This document shows positions 10,072 through 19,138 of a stretch of 64,000 nt of DNA, in pieces. A model generated the notes under the pieces. The model saw only the letters and a program-made list of their open reading frames with translations. It was not told the DNA's origin and did no database searches. Position 1 is the first letter of the stretch, and each line of letters opens with the position of its first letter. The stretch is taken from positions 85,559-149,558 of the forward strand of contig CAZVEX010000002.1 of NCBI GenBank assembly GCA_964625535.1, in the 5' to 3' direction. The translations under genes were made by a program, and so were the position numbers. Source of the stretch: an uncultured Gammaproteobacteria bacterium (GTDB lineage: Bacteria; Patescibacteriota; Microgenomatia; Daviesbacterales; UBA10151).

Positions 10072-10482
10072 CTAACTTTTAGATTGTTTCCTGGCCAGAG
10101 GAAAATGAATGGAAAAGAGTACCAATCCCACCAAGGTAAAAGTGATGGCATTTTTCAGATCATCAATTTTCTGTTGTTTGCTTAATGCATTTTCTTGTTT
10201 TAGACAATCTTGTTTTTGTTTTTCCAGTTCTTGCGCTGAAGGACCCGTCCCGAGCGTAGCCGAGGGAGTAGCAGGCATTCCTCTGACATCCATGGCCGGA
10301 TATGGTCCGAATTTAAAAGGATAATTTTCGCAACTCCCTTGAGGATAACGTAGCGGATATTTTTCATATTGGGTACTGTTAATAATGAAATTCACAGTAT
10401 TAAAAATCCCAATGACAATCAGAGCCAGCGAAGCGGCAGAAATTACATAAAAATAGATGGTGGCAATAATTTTTCCTGACAT
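10072..10482 (-). CDS. Membrane protein (hypothetical)
   Basis: Two predicted transmembrane helices flanking a soluble loop. Confidence 0.4.
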   Translation of the reverse strand: MSGKIIATIYFYVISAASLALIVIGIFNTVNFIINSTQYEKYPLRYPQGSCENYPFKFGPYPAMDVRGMPATPSATLGTGPSAQELEKQKQDCLKQENALSKQQKIDDLKNAITFTLVGLVLFSIHFPLARKQSKS

Positions 10483-10484
10483 AA

Positions 10485-12590
10485 TTAACTCTCGCTTCCC
10501 CCTGCGGTTTGGGCGGCAAAGTATTCCTCGGCATTGCGGACCAGGACATCCCGAGGTTTAGAGCCTTCTCCAACTCCCACAATGCCCGCCTCTTCCAGCT
10601 CATCCAAAATTCTGGCAGCTCTGGCATAGCCGACTTTCAACCGCCGCTGCAGCAGCGAGGCCGAAGCCCTATCATACTGGCAAACAGTTCTGACCGCTTC
10701 TTCAAACAATTCATCTCTGTCTGATCCACTACCGCCCCCTCTACCCCATCTCCCGAGCGGCATTTCAGTTACCTCCGCAGTATACTCCGGCGCAATACCT
10801 GTATTCTTAAGATATTTTATTAAAGAGTTTATCTCCTCATCCTGAACAAGCACTCCCTGAATGCGAACCGGTTTTGAAGCATCCGGAGGTAAAAATAACA
10901 TATCGCCTCTTCCCAAAAGTTTTTCTGCCCCGGGAGTATCCAAAATGACCCGGGAATCTACCATTGATGAAACGTTAAAAGCAATCCGGCAGGGGATATT
11001 GGCTTTAATTAAACCGGTAATCACATCAACGGAGGGCCTCTGTGTTGCCACCACCAGATGAATTCCCGTGGCCCTGGCCAGTTGGGCAATTCTGGTAATG
11101 GCATCTTCAATTTCCACCGGCGCAAACATCATCAGATCCGCCAGTTCATCAACAATGATGACAATATAGGGAAGGGCCTGAAATCCCGACATCTCATTAT
11201 AGCCCGCGATATTTCTCACCCCGACAGATTGGAACAGCTTATATCTTCTGTCCATTTCCGCCATGGCCCATTTCAGCGACGATAAAATCTTTTCCGGTTC
11301 GGTAATGACAGGCGTTAACAGGTGGGGTATACCATTATAGTTAGTCAGCTCCACTCTTTTAGGATCAATCAAAATCATTTTCAGTTCAGCCGGCGAATTA
11401 CGGAAAAGCAAAGAACCAATAAAAGAGTTAATTAACACGGATTTACCTGAACCGGTTGTTCCGGCAATTAAGACATGGGGCATCCGGTCCAAATCCACCA
11501 CTACTCCTTTGGAAGAAGTATCTTTGCCCAAAACAACTGCCAGTTTTGATTTTCGCGCTTGCATCTGCTCTGACGCCAAAACACTTTTTAATCCCACAAT
11601 CTCCAGAGAATGATTGGGCACTTCAATCCCCACCAAAGATTTACCCGGGATTGGAGCCTCAATCCTGACAGTGCCGGTAGGGGTGGCCAGGGCCAGAGCC
11701 AGATCATGCTGCAGATTGGCAATTTTGGAAATTTTGGTTCCAGCCGAAATCTCCAAAGCATACTGGGTCACGGCCGGCCCACCATTGACTTCAGCCACGC
11801 GGGCTTGAACCCCAAACGAATCCAGGGTTTTTTCAATTATGGCGGCATTTTTCTTTATGTCTCCCCGCTGCGCCGCAGATCCTACCTTTTCGGAAAGCAA
11901 AGAAAGGGGAGGGTATTTCCAAACCTTGGATTGTCCTGCCACGTTTTGCACCAGGGCATCGGCCAAAACCGTTTCACGAGGCCCAACAGATAATTTAGGC
12001 TTCATTCGATCGTCAACTCCAGACAGTTTGATCGGCACATTTTTGGCCTCAAACATTCTTGGCTTTTGAAAGATAGGCTGATAAACTCTATTTTTCAACA
12101 ATCTAAAAATCCACTCCAATACGCCAAAGATCTGACCTAAAGAGGTATTAAATAAAACTACCAATCCGACTAAAAATATCAAGATCAGCAAGATAAAAGC
12201 TCCGGGTGAGGTGATTAAAGCGGACGACTGCGTCCACAGACTCAAACCCACTGATCCTGCCAAATCTGCTCTGAAAGCGCCGGTCATTCCCGATAAAGAC
12301 AAAACCAGCAACACAACCCCCAGTAAAACATTCATCTGGGCAAAACGCCATTTCGCTCTTGATAAAACCAAGGCGGAAAGCAAAAATAAAAAAGGGGAAA
12401 AAAGGGCAGACCAACCCAAAAGCGATTTTAAGAACTCCCGCCAAAAAGATAAAACAGTTGTATCCGTCGTCAGAGCCACGGTTGATAAAACAGCCAGGAT
12501 TATTGACACCAGCGATGCCACAGCCACAATGGCTTTGTGTTTAAGTTTTAATCTGGGTAATCTGTAAATAGAGCGGCGTCTCCTGGACAT
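10485..12590 (-). CDS. ftsK: DNA translocase FtsK/SpoIIIE
   Basis: N-terminal transmembrane helices, a motor domain with Walker A (GTTGSGKS), and a C-terminal gamma winged-helix domain. Confidence 0.9.
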   Translation of the reverse strand: MSRRRRSIYRLPRLKLKHKAIVAVASLVSIILAVLSTVALTTDTTVLSFWREFLKSLLGWSALFSPFLFLLSALVLSRAKWRFAQMNVLLGVVLLVLSLSGMTGAFRADLAGSVGLSLWTQSSALITSPGAFILLILIFLVGLVVLFNTSLGQIFGVLEWIFRLLKNRVYQPIFQKPRMFEAKNVPIKLSGVDDRMKPKLSVGPRETVLADALVQNVAGQSKVWKYPPLSLLSEKVGSAAQRGDIKKNAAIIEKTLDSFGVQARVAEVNGGPAVTQYALEISAGTKISKIANLQHDLALALATPTGTVRIEAPIPGKSLVGIEVPNHSLEIVGLKSVLASEQMQARKSKLAVVLGKDTSSKGVVVDLDRMPHVLIAGTTGSGKSVLINSFIGSLLFRNSPAELKMILIDPKRVELTNYNGIPHLLTPVITEPEKILSSLKWAMAEMDRRYKLFQSVGVRNIAGYNEMSGFQALPYIVIIVDELADLMMFAPVEIEDAITRIAQLARATGIHLVVATQRPSVDVITGLIKANIPCRIAFNVSSMVDSRVILDTPGAEKLLGRGDMLFLPPDASKPVRIQGVLVQDEEINSLIKYLKNTGIAPEYTAEVTEMPLGRWGRGGGSGSDRDELFEEAVRTVCQYDRASASLLQRRLKVGYARAARILDELEEAGIVGVGEGSKPRDVLVRNAEEYFAAQTAGGSES

Positions 12591-12622
12591 ATTTATTTAA
12601 TTATACCATACCAAACTATGGG

Positions 12623-14287
12623 TCAAACTTCCACTACCACCGGTAAAATTAGTGGTCTTCTTTCTGTCGTCTGATAAAAGAGATTGCCCAAATCATCCTC
12701 AATTTTTTTACGGATAAACCGCCAGTCCGACCCTTTTTTAACATGCTGCTCTAAACTTCTTATCACTGTTTCCCTAGCATCCTGCAAAAGGTCCTCCGCC
12801 ATATTTTCAAAAACAAAGCCCCGGGAAATAATATCAGGTTCTCCTGCCACTTTACCGGTATGCTGGTCAATCGGCACCACCACCACTACAACTCCTTCCT
12901 CGCTCATTAACCTTCGATCCCGCAAGACCACATGTCCCACATCCCCGATCCCCAATCCGTCAACATAAATATTTTGCAATTCCACTCTGCCGGCTAATTT
13001 CAGATTATCTCTGTTTATTTCTACTACATCCCCTTCTTCCAGTTGTAAAATCTGACTTTTGTCATAACCCATACTCTGAAAAACTTGCGAGAACATTTTT
13101 ATGTGTCTGAAAGTTCCGCCAATAGGTAGCAAGTAGCGGGGTTTTGCCAGATTAACCATCAACTTTAATTCTTCAGAGGCCGCATGGCCGGAAACATGCA
13201 AATCAGAGGTAATGGCAGAATAATAAACATTAGCTCCCAAGCTTGACAATTTATCAATTAAGGCGTTCTGGGCAGATTCTGTGGAAGGAATGGGGTCGGC
13301 CGAAAAAATCACCCCATCTCCTTCCCGCAACTTAATTTGTTTATGTTCGTCATTGGCCACCCGGGAAAGCGCCGAATCTGGTTGACCTTGAGATCCAGCA
13401 ATTAAAACAAGGATCTTTGAGGGAGTAAAAGAGTTTACGGCATCCGGAGCAATCACAATATTTGGCGGGACTTTTAAGTATCCCAGGTTCCTGGCCAGCT
13501 GAAAATTATTTTCAAAGCTTCGACCCACCACTGCCAGTTTCCTGCCTAATTTTTGTGCCACATTGACTGCTTGTTGCATTCTGGAAACATTTGACGAAGT
13601 CATGGTAATAAGCAATCTTCCGGTAGTTTCCAGCGCCGCTTTTTCAAAGGAGGCTTCAATTGATTGCTCCGATCTGTTAAACCCAGGTTTTTCTATTCTT
13701 AAACAGTCAATCAAAAGCAAAAGCACTCCCTCCGTCCCTAAATTTGCCACAGTCCCCACATCAGTCTTCTGACCCGAAACAGGCGTCCAGTCAATCTTAA
13801 AATCAGCCTGATGAATAATCAACCCGACAGGGGTTCTGATGACTATGCCTGTTGAATCCGGAATTGAATGAGAAACCTGGTAAAAAGACACATTAAAACT
13901 ACCCAGACTTAAATCTTGATCAAGCTTAACCTCCACAATCTGATCTTTGGGCAAGCGATGTTCGGAAAATTTACCTTTAATTAATCCTGCTGTCAGTTTT
14001 TGAGCATAGATGGGCACTTGAAGTTGAGGATGAATAAAAGGCAATGCTCCGATATGATCATCGTGCCCGTGCGTGATAATAATACCTCTGATTTTGTCCC
14101 TTTTCTGCCTCAAATAAGATATGTCGGGAATAACCAGATCTACCCCGGGCATAGCCTCGTCAGGAAATCCCACTCCGCAATCAACAATGATGATGTCATT
14201 CCCATATTCATACACATACATATTTTTGGTAACATCACCTACACCTCCAAGAGGAATAAGCTTCAGAGTTGGTTTAAAAGAATTCAT
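12623..14287 (-). CDS. rnj: Ribonuclease J
   Basis: Metallo-beta-lactamase motif HGHDDH, a beta-CASP region and the RNase J C-terminal domain. Length 554 aa. Confidence 0.9.
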   Translation of the reverse strand: MNSFKPTLKLIPLGGVGDVTKNMYVYEYGNDIIIVDCGVGFPDEAMPGVDLVIPDISYLRQKRDKIRGIIITHGHDDHIGALPFIHPQLQVPIYAQKLTAGLIKGKFSEHRLPKDQIVEVKLDQDLSLGSFNVSFYQVSHSIPDSTGIVIRTPVGLIIHQADFKIDWTPVSGQKTDVGTVANLGTEGVLLLLIDCLRIEKPGFNRSEQSIEASFEKAALETTGRLLITMTSSNVSRMQQAVNVAQKLGRKLAVVGRSFENNFQLARNLGYLKVPPNIVIAPDAVNSFTPSKILVLIAGSQGQPDSALSRVANDEHKQIKLREGDGVIFSADPIPSTESAQNALIDKLSSLGANVYYSAITSDLHVSGHAASEELKLMVNLAKPRYLLPIGGTFRHIKMFSQVFQSMGYDKSQILQLEEGDVVEINRDNLKLAGRVELQNIYVDGLGIGDVGHVVLRDRRLMSEEGVVVVVVPIDQHTGKVAGEPDIISRGFVFENMAEDLLQDARETVIRSLEQHVKKGSDWRFIRKKIEDDLGNLFYQTTERRPLILPVVVEV

Positions 14288-15300
14288 AAATACTCTCCCA
14301 GATTCTCACTGGTGATCTTAAATGGTCCTGCCTCCCCTTCCACCAGTTTCCTGGCGATTTTGCGGCAAATTGCCTGCAAGGATCTCTGCAACGATCTAAT
14401 CCCGCCGTCAAAACCCAAAGGCCTTAGGATTTGCGGCCAGATGCCTTCGTCAATAATCAAAAGATTTCTGTCTACCCCCGCCTCATCCAGCGATTTTGGC
14501 AGGAGATAATTTTTGCCAATGATTAGTTTTTCTTCGTCAGAGTATGAAGGCATCTGAATCGGCTCTAATCTGTCCATCACTGCAGTGGCAATATTGCCGG
14601 TATTATTGGCTGTGGCTATAAATAAAACTTGCGACAGATCAAAAGCAAAATCCAGAAAATGATCAACAAAAGCCTGGTTTTGAGCAGGATCTAAAAGCTC
14701 TACCAATACTCCCATGATGCCAACTCTACCCTCCTCCGCTACCCTGTCTATCTCGTCTAAAAGTATCACCGGATTTTTGACTTGGGCATGTTTAATGACT
14801 TTGATAATCTGTCCCGGCTCGGCATCGGGGCGAATTTTGGATTGCCCGCGCAAGCTGGCAGCATCACCCAAACCCCCAAAAGGAATCCTGACAATTTTCC
14901 TACCCAAGCTTTCAGCAATGGAATAGGCAATAGAGGTTTTTCCTGTCCCCACCAATCCTACAAACAGCAGGATCGGGGCATGAAAACCGGCCGGCCCTGG
15001 GCTTTTGGCATGCAAAATTAAAACCGACAGATATTCCAATACTCTGTCTTTCAAAGTCTGCAAACCATAGTGATTTTTATCAAGGATTTCTTTGGCTCTT
15101 TGTAAATCCAAAATGTCCTGGCTTGCTTTGTTAAAAGGCAGGAAAGTAGCAAAATCAATATAGGAAACTAATTTTTCAAATTCAGCTCCTGTTCCCGGGA
15201 ATTTTAGTAAATTAAGTAATTTTTCTTGAACTTCCTGGGGTAAAGAGGCTTGGCTAATCCTTCTTTTGAGGTTTTCCAGTTGTTCTTGGGCAGCATCCAT
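14284..15300 (-). CDS. Lon-like AAA+ ATPase module, without the LAN N-domain and without the protease domain
   Basis: Colinear with the Lon AAA+ region: Walker A (GLVGTGKTS), IRPDAEPGQII, Walker B (PVILLDEIDRV), LLDPAQNQAFVDHFLD, DRLEPIQMPSYSDEEK. The protein ends exactly where the Lon protease domain would begin. The ATG at 15300 has an AGGT ribosome-binding site. The ORF-track extension to 15717 overlaps pnp in another frame and was rejected. Confidence 0.7.
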   Translation of the reverse strand: MDAAQEQLENLKRRISQASLPQEVQEKLLNLLKFPGTGAEFEKLVSYIDFATFLPFNKASQDILDLQRAKEILDKNHYGLQTLKDRVLEYLSVLILHAKSPGPAGFHAPILLFVGLVGTGKTSIAYSIAESLGRKIVRIPFGGLGDAASLRGQSKIRPDAEPGQIIKVIKHAQVKNPVILLDEIDRVAEEGRVGIMGVLVELLDPAQNQAFVDHFLDFAFDLSQVLFIATANNTGNIATAVMDRLEPIQMPSYSDEEKLIIGKNYLLPKSLDEAGVDRNLLIIDEGIWPQILRPLGFDGGIRSLQRSLQAICRKIARKLVEGEAGPFKITSENLGEYL

Positions 15301-15328
15301 TCTGTTACCTATTTTATACGGTAGAAAT

Positions 15329-17605
15329 TTATCTGTCAAAACTTCGGCGGGCAGGCCTGCCTCCGCGGTTTCGGTCAAAACCACCTGAACTACGGCTTGA
15401 TCTACCTCTACTAAACCCTCCGCCAAACCTGGGTCTGGGTCTATTAAAAGGTCCACCGGATCTAAATCCTCCTCCGGACGGCCTCCTAAAACCACCGCCT
15501 CTAGCGGCCCGCGGTCTTTCTCCGGTATCCGGCTTAATGTCTTCACCAAAAAGCATAGACAAAGACACTTTGCCATCCGGGTCAACTCCCTTAACTCTAA
15601 CTTTAACTTCCTGTCCCTCTTGCACAACATCTTCGGGTTTTCCCACAAAACCTGTGGACATTTCCGACACATGAACCAACCCGTCCTTTCCCGGAGCAAT
15701 TTCCACAAAAGCTCCAAAAGGCACCAGGCGAACTACCTTACCCGTAAATTCATCCCCCACATTAACTGTTTTAAACATTCCTTCAATGGCCGCCATGGCC
15801 TGATCCACGCCTTCGGATTTGGTACCTGAAACCATTACCGTGCCGTCATCCTCAACATCAATTTGCGCTCCGGTCTTTGAGATAATACCATTGATGTTTT
15901 TACCTCCCGGCCCGATGAGAAGTCCTATGTTTTCTGGTTTTATATGAAGAATCTCCACTCTTGGGGCATGCGGAGAAAGAGGGCCTGCCGCAGGCACTGC
16001 CTCATTCATCTTTTCTAAAATCTGAAGTCTTGCTTTTTTACCCATTTCCAGGGCTTTTTCAATTACATCAAATGTCAACCCTTCCAGCTTGGTATCCATT
16101 TGAATGGCGCTCACCCCGTTTTTAGTCCCAGCCACCTTAAAGTCCATTTCGCCGTAAAAATCCTCGATAGCTCTCATATCTGTTACCACCTCTGTCTTCC
16201 CTTCATTGGAAAAAAGTCCCATCGCCACTCCTGCTACAGGCTCTCTCAAAGGTACCCCTGCATTTAGTAAGGCTAAAGTTGAAGCGCAAAGAGCAGCCAT
16301 AGAAGTCGAGGCATTGGCTGCCAACACTTCGGATACCACCCTGATGGCATAGGGGAACTGCTCTTGTGGGGGAATCACAGAGTTTAAGGCTTTTTCCGCC
16401 AAAGCCCCATGGCCAATATCGCGCCTCGAGGGCGGACCAATCCTTTTGACCTCACCGACTGAAAAAGGATTAATGCTCATGTTGTAATAGTGCATAAATC
16501 TTTTTTTATCTTCCCCGTACATACCCTCAATGGTTTGAGAAAGGGAAGGCGCGCCCAAAGTCACCACGGATAAAACTTGAGTATCTCCGCGCGCAAACAG
16601 CGCAGACCCGTGAGTCCTGGGCAAAACACCAACTTCCATATTAAGAAGTCTTATTTCATCCATGGCTCTTTTATCAACCCGTTGCCCCTTTTCCAAAACT
16701 ACTTCATGCATAATCTCTTTGGCTACTTTGTCAAAAATGCCGGAGATTATAGTGGGAGTTAAGGTTTCCGCGTATTGCTTTGAGAGTTCTTCCTTAATCC
16801 GGTCGCCTGTTGCTTCATGCCAAGGGTGTTCGTTGTCAAAAAGAGCTTTTTCAATTCTCTCGCGGGTTATTTTACTAACCTCTTTAAATAGCGCTTCTTC
16901 AACTTCTTCGGCCAAATGCGAGTAGGCTTGTTTTTCGCATCCTACCTCTTTGGCAAAATCAGATACTAAATCAAGGATTGGTTGAGTTGCCTTATGCGCT
17001 TCTTTAATGCTTTCTAAAATCAACTTGTCATCAACTTGTTTGGCTTCCGCCTCAATCATGACCACTTTGTCCCCTTTTGAGACAACCACCAGATCCATAT
17101 TGCTTTCCCCGTCCAGATCTTTCTCGCCCATTCTCACCCCGGCAATGGGCCCGTTCCAGGGAATAGATGAGATAGACAAAGCTGCTGAAGCTCCAATCAA
17201 ACCAACCACGTCCGGATCGCTGACCTGATCAATTGACAAAACGGAAATTAAAACCTGCACTTCGTGTTTAAAATCTTTGGGGAAAAGGGGACGGATGGAG
17301 CGGTCTATTAAACGACCTGCTAAAATAGCCTCTTCTGAAGGTTTTGTTTCTCTTTTAATAAATCTGGAGGAAGAGATCCTACCTCCTGCATAATGCTTTT
17401 CCACGAATTCAACCGATAAAGGGAAATAGCCAATATCCTCCTTTAAAGGTTGGGTGGCTACAGTCACCAGAAGGACTGTTTCACCCCACGAAGCTACCAC
17501 TGCAGCATCAGCCTGCAACGCCAGCTTACCGGTTTCCAGTTTAAGCTTTCTGCCATTTAAATCAATCTCTTTGGTAACAACTTTATTCATAAACAATAAA
17601 TACAA
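15329..17605 (-). CDS. pnp: Polyribonucleotide nucleotidyltransferase (PNPase) with a C-terminal RGG-rich tail
   Basis: Two RNase PH domains, a KH domain and an S1 domain, followed by about 65 aa of Arg/Gly-rich tail. The likely start is the internal MNKVVTKEI at 17590. Confidence 0.9.
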   Translation of the reverse strand: MYLLFMNKVVTKEIDLNGRKLKLETGKLALQADAAVVASWGETVLLVTVATQPLKEDIGYFPLSVEFVEKHYAGGRISSSRFIKRETKPSEEAILAGRLIDRSIRPLFPKDFKHEVQVLISVLSIDQVSDPDVVGLIGASAALSISSIPWNGPIAGVRMGEKDLDGESNMDLVVVSKGDKVVMIEAEAKQVDDKLILESIKEAHKATQPILDLVSDFAKEVGCEKQAYSHLAEEVEEALFKEVSKITRERIEKALFDNEHPWHEATGDRIKEELSKQYAETLTPTIISGIFDKVAKEIMHEVVLEKGQRVDKRAMDEIRLLNMEVGVLPRTHGSALFARGDTQVLSVVTLGAPSLSQTIEGMYGEDKKRFMHYYNMSINPFSVGEVKRIGPPSRRDIGHGALAEKALNSVIPPQEQFPYAIRVVSEVLAANASTSMAALCASTLALLNAGVPLREPVAGVAMGLFSNEGKTEVVTDMRAIEDFYGEMDFKVAGTKNGVSAIQMDTKLEGLTFDVIEKALEMGKKARLQILEKMNEAVPAAGPLSPHAPRVEILHIKPENIGLLIGPGGKNINGIISKTGAQIDVEDDGTVMVSGTKSEGVDQAMAAIEGMFKTVNVGDEFTGKVVRLVPFGAFVEIAPGKDGLVHVSEMSTGFVGKPEDVVQEGQEVKVRVKGVDPDGKVSLSMLFGEDIKPDTGERPRAARGGGFRRPSGGGFRSGGPFNRPRPRFGGGFSRGRSSRSSGGFDRNRGGRPARRSFDR

Positions 17606-17723
17606 TGAAACTATCGAGGATTTGGAAACTGTGGAAGAAACAATTAACTCGCTTAATTATTTCTTTGCAATCCCCAAATCACTCTTATTTAATAATTATA
17701 CCATAAACGGACTATTTTGACAA
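17606..17723 (-). promoter_or_regulatory. pnp promoter and leader hairpin
   Basis: Minus strand: -35 TTGTCA (17718-17723, overlapping the rpsO stop), a 17-nt spacer, and -10 TATAAT (17695-17700). The leader contains the inverted repeat GAAACAATTAA-ctcgc-TTAATTATTTC (17637-17663). Confidence 0.5.
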
Positions 17724-17981
17724 CCCCAATTTTTCTATTGCCGCTTTATACCTATCATGATCTTTTTTCACCAAGTATTGCAGTAGCCGTCTTCTTTTGT
17801 TAACCATGGACAGAAGTCCCCTGCGGGAGTGAATATCATGAGTGTGTTCTTTTAAGTGAGCTGTTAAGTTTTTTATCTGCTCTGTTAAAAGGGCAACTTG
17901 CACTTCAGGAGAACCTGTATCACCCGATTTGGTAGCAAACTCTTTAATAATCTTTTGCTTAATTTTTGGATCAAGTGGCAT
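17712..17981 (-). CDS. rpsO: 30S ribosomal protein S15
   Basis: 89 aa with the S15 signature ([39 protein letters not shown]). Confidence 0.9.
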   Translation of the reverse strand: MPLDPKIKQKIIKEFATKSGDTGSPEVQVALLTEQIKNLTAHLKEHTHDIHSRRGLLSMVNKRRRLLQYLVKKDHDRYKAAIEKLGLSK

Positions 17982-18080
17982 CGTAATCCTTTCTTTTCTG
18001 GAACAACTTTGATGCCAAAGTCGTCCAATAAGTAAGTTTTTCGCATTCTATCAGAAAATTCCAAATTATGCAAATTTTAA

Positions 18081-19055
18081 TTACCCTATTGATGTGCCTT
18101 TGAAGATTTTGGGGGTGAGCCATTCGGGTTCCGGAGTTTCGGATACAACCCCCTCTCCTGCCGGTCTTTCTTCCGGAGATGAGGCTGGGGGAGTTGGTTG
18201 AGTGAGAGTCTGTTGGATGATGGGCGTACTTGGTATTAAAGCGCTCAAATCAGGTTGCGGACCTTGAGGTGCGACTTGAACTTGAGGCATGGTCGCAGAC
18301 ACAGCCGGTTTTCTTCCTCCTACCCTAAGACATTGGGCCACTGCCATGTAAGTATCGGCATTAACTTTGGGGTTGGTCAAACTATCTGTTGAGGCAAAAA
18401 TTCCGGAGAGGAGATTGCTGGCCACATCAGCATCCATGGTCAACCCCAAATCCAAAATTAAATTTACCACCATCTCACCAACGGATGAAGCTTGAGTATC
18501 AACCACATTGGTAGAACCAAAACCGGTATTATTTTGATTGTCAATGTTGACTATATGAACGCCTGAGTAGCCTTGGGCATTTTGCCGGTAGATGGAACCA
18601 AGACTATCCAGGTTGGCAGCTCCGATGACAAAAATCAGATCAAAACCGCTGCCCTGATAGCGGGGGACAATCCGGGCCGGTTGAAAAGTTTGACCCGGCA
18701 GGACATGAAAAACCAAATTTAAATTGTTGTTTTCCGCGTACCAGTCCAGTTTTTCCAAGGCAGGAACAGTCCCGTCAGAGGCAGCCACTCCCTCTAAAGT
18801 TAAAGTTAAGTTTCCTCCTTCTGTCTGGGGAAGAGTTTTTTGCACATGGTCTACCCCAAAAAGATGAGCTTGAGCAACCCTCATGCTATCTTCGCAAACT
18901 ACACTGACTTCCTTGCCTTGAGCTTCAAAAATTAAAAATAGCGACAAGGCTGCTGCCAGCCTGTCGGTATCAGCACCCACCGGTAAGGCTATCAAGATAT
19001 TTTTGGCAGATGGCAGGAGATTTTTAAGTTCAACTATTTGTGCGTCGTATTTCAC
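18081..19055 (-). CDS. NrnA-like DHH-family protein with degenerate catalytic motifs and a Pro-rich C-terminal tail
   Basis: Colinear with NrnA motifs I to IV, but DHH is replaced by DNQ (IVNIDNQNNTGFG) and motif I reads ADTD. The DHHA1 domain is replaced by a Pro/Gln-rich tail. Confidence 0.5.
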   Translation of the reverse strand: MKYDAQIVELKNLLPSAKNILIALPVGADTDRLAAALSLFLIFEAQGKEVSVVCEDSMRVAQAHLFGVDHVQKTLPQTEGGNLTLTLEGVAASDGTVPALEKLDWYAENNNLNLVFHVLPGQTFQPARIVPRYQGSGFDLIFVIGAANLDSLGSIYRQNAQGYSGVHIVNIDNQNNTGFGSTNVVDTQASSVGEMVVNLILDLGLTMDADVASNLLSGIFASTDSLTNPKVNADTYMAVAQCLRVGGRKPAVSATMPQVQVAPQGPQPDLSALIPSTPIIQQTLTQPTPPASSPEERPAGEGVVSETPEPEWLTPKIFKGTSIG

Positions 19056-19138
19056 TATGTTTGGATTCTACCTCAACTATCCCATAATTGCAAGTAGATG
19101 ACACACAACTTATCAAACATCCCTCAATGACTGATACT

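Noticed and set aside
11610-12567. Several plus-strand ORFs (11610-11993, 11839-12069, 12211-12567) inside ftsK
   Set aside because: These are antisense to a conserved, continuously alignable FtsK coding sequence and encode low-complexity or basic peptides. The same reasoning applies to the nested ORFs inside rnj, pnp, infB, dnaK, lepA and murJ.
15301-15717. The ORF-track N-terminal extension of the Lon-like gene (start 15717)
   Set aside because: It overlaps the pnp C-terminus in another frame across the GC-rich RGG-tail coding region. Lon-homologous sequence only begins at the ATG at 15300, which has its own ribosome-binding site.
17885-18073. 62-aa minus-strand ORF overlapping rpsO
   Set aside because: It lies inside or overlaps the well-supported S15 gene in another frame and has no coding features. 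It is spurious.
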